Assembly (NCBI GenBank): GCA_951406725.2
Contig: OX597823.1
Coordinates: forward strand, 32,922,001-32,986,000
DNA length: 64,000 bases
Direction: 5' to 3'
DNA from: Octopus vulgaris
Lineage: Eukaryota
Shown here: in pieces, positions 62,966-64,000 of the stretch
Position numbering within the stretch: position 1 is the stretch's first letter
Layout of the letters: each line of letters opens with the position of its first letter
The notes under the pieces: model-generated
What the model was told of the DNA's origin: nothing
Seen by the model: the letters and a program-made list of their open reading frames with translations, nothing else
The model's database searches: none
Translations under genes and position numbers: made by a program

Positions 62966-64000
62966 GTATGGCTTACTATCAAGCAGTGCTGTCTTGTTGT
63001 TGATTTTGTAGTTTACTTCCAGATCAGTTTCCATCCAGTATGTCTATGAATAAAGATCTTCAAGCTGTCACCATCCTGTTTTTCATTCAAGCATATTATA
63101 TCTCTACAACTTATCTAATGTGTCTTTTATTTGAACATAGTCTAGGACTACTTATCTAATCTGTCTTCTCTCTTTTTTTAAACCCTTTTCTTTCTGTATT
63201 TCTGCCTTTGTTCCAATTAATTATGAAAATAATAAAGTATATAACAAAATAACTTGATTATTATTAAGTTGATGTTTGGAAAATGAATTAATATGAAATT
63301 TTGATGGAAGGTTTTGATTTAAATTACTTTAAAACCAGTAGTTTGTATCCTAGAAACAAGGGCAATATCAGGTCAGTTCATATCAAAAGGATTAGGATAG
63401 GGTATAATTTGAAGAAGATTAGAGTCCACATAGTTTTCTTCATTGTTGTTGATGTGGTGGTTTAACTACAAGTTAGTTCTCTACCAGCAGATATTTTTAT
63501 TCAGACATCAGCAATTTTAATTATGATACCACTGTATTACTATTAGGGAACAATAAATATTGTCATTGGTCCCATGTTCCCAACAGGCCCAATCCTTGGT
63601 TCACTGTATTTCAGGTGACAGTGACAAAGGTGTGTCTAACTCAATGCAACGGACTTTGTTCTTAATGCACTCTAGTTGCTGGCCCACTGGGCCATGACTT
63701 TTAAAAAAGTATATCAGTTATTACATACACACACACTCAACTTTCCATCCACCTTCCAACCCACCCATTCAATCAGTCACTCAGTCTATAAATAAATAAT
63801 CACTGGCAGTACCTCAGCATGGCCACAGCCACAGGGCTGAAACACATAACAGAATTTCCCAACCAAATGTTTTATTAATAATATAAATGTTGTGCCTATA
63901 ACAGATGAGGTCTTCAGTTTCACTCCATAGTTATAGTTTTTACATACCTGGACCCTTACAAAGTAATATAGATTAATGCCTTTGTTGTTGTTCAGCCATA

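Overview
AT-rich, microsatellite- and transposon-dense eukaryotic genomic DNA. The repeat complement (tRNA-headed SINEs, (GAT)n-tailed RTE LINEs, long (AT)n tracts) looks like an octopus/coleoid cephalopod genome; this is inference, not verified. Genes: (i) three intronless, catalytically intact VRK1-like (vaccinia-related) Ser/Thr kinase ORFs at 19411-20481 (+), 31305-32543 (-) and 41334-42314 (-), the last two inside a ~10 kb tandem duplication (~24.88-35.59 kb / ~35.59-45.20 kb); (ii) the first five coding exons of a CHID1 (chitinase domain-containing 1) gene on + from 54739, running off the window. The rest is decayed mobile DNA: mariner (with a nested Helitron), Tc1, maT-like, Penelope, RTE, CR1 and CRE-like fragments, SINEs and MITEs with Merlin-, hAT- and piggyBac-type ends. 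Most notable: the VRK paralog cluster (near-identical C-lobes, divergent N-lobes, only amino-acid-changing codon differences between the two youngest copies, three different C-tails including a 48-bp minisatellite encoding NLS-like basic repeats, two large inverted repeats between the convergent copies), and a head-to-head pair of short elements joining a tRNA-like head to a hammerhead-ribozyme-like tail just upstream of a CHID1 exon. All alignments were done by eye; repeat boundaries are approximate unless TIR/TSD evidence is given.
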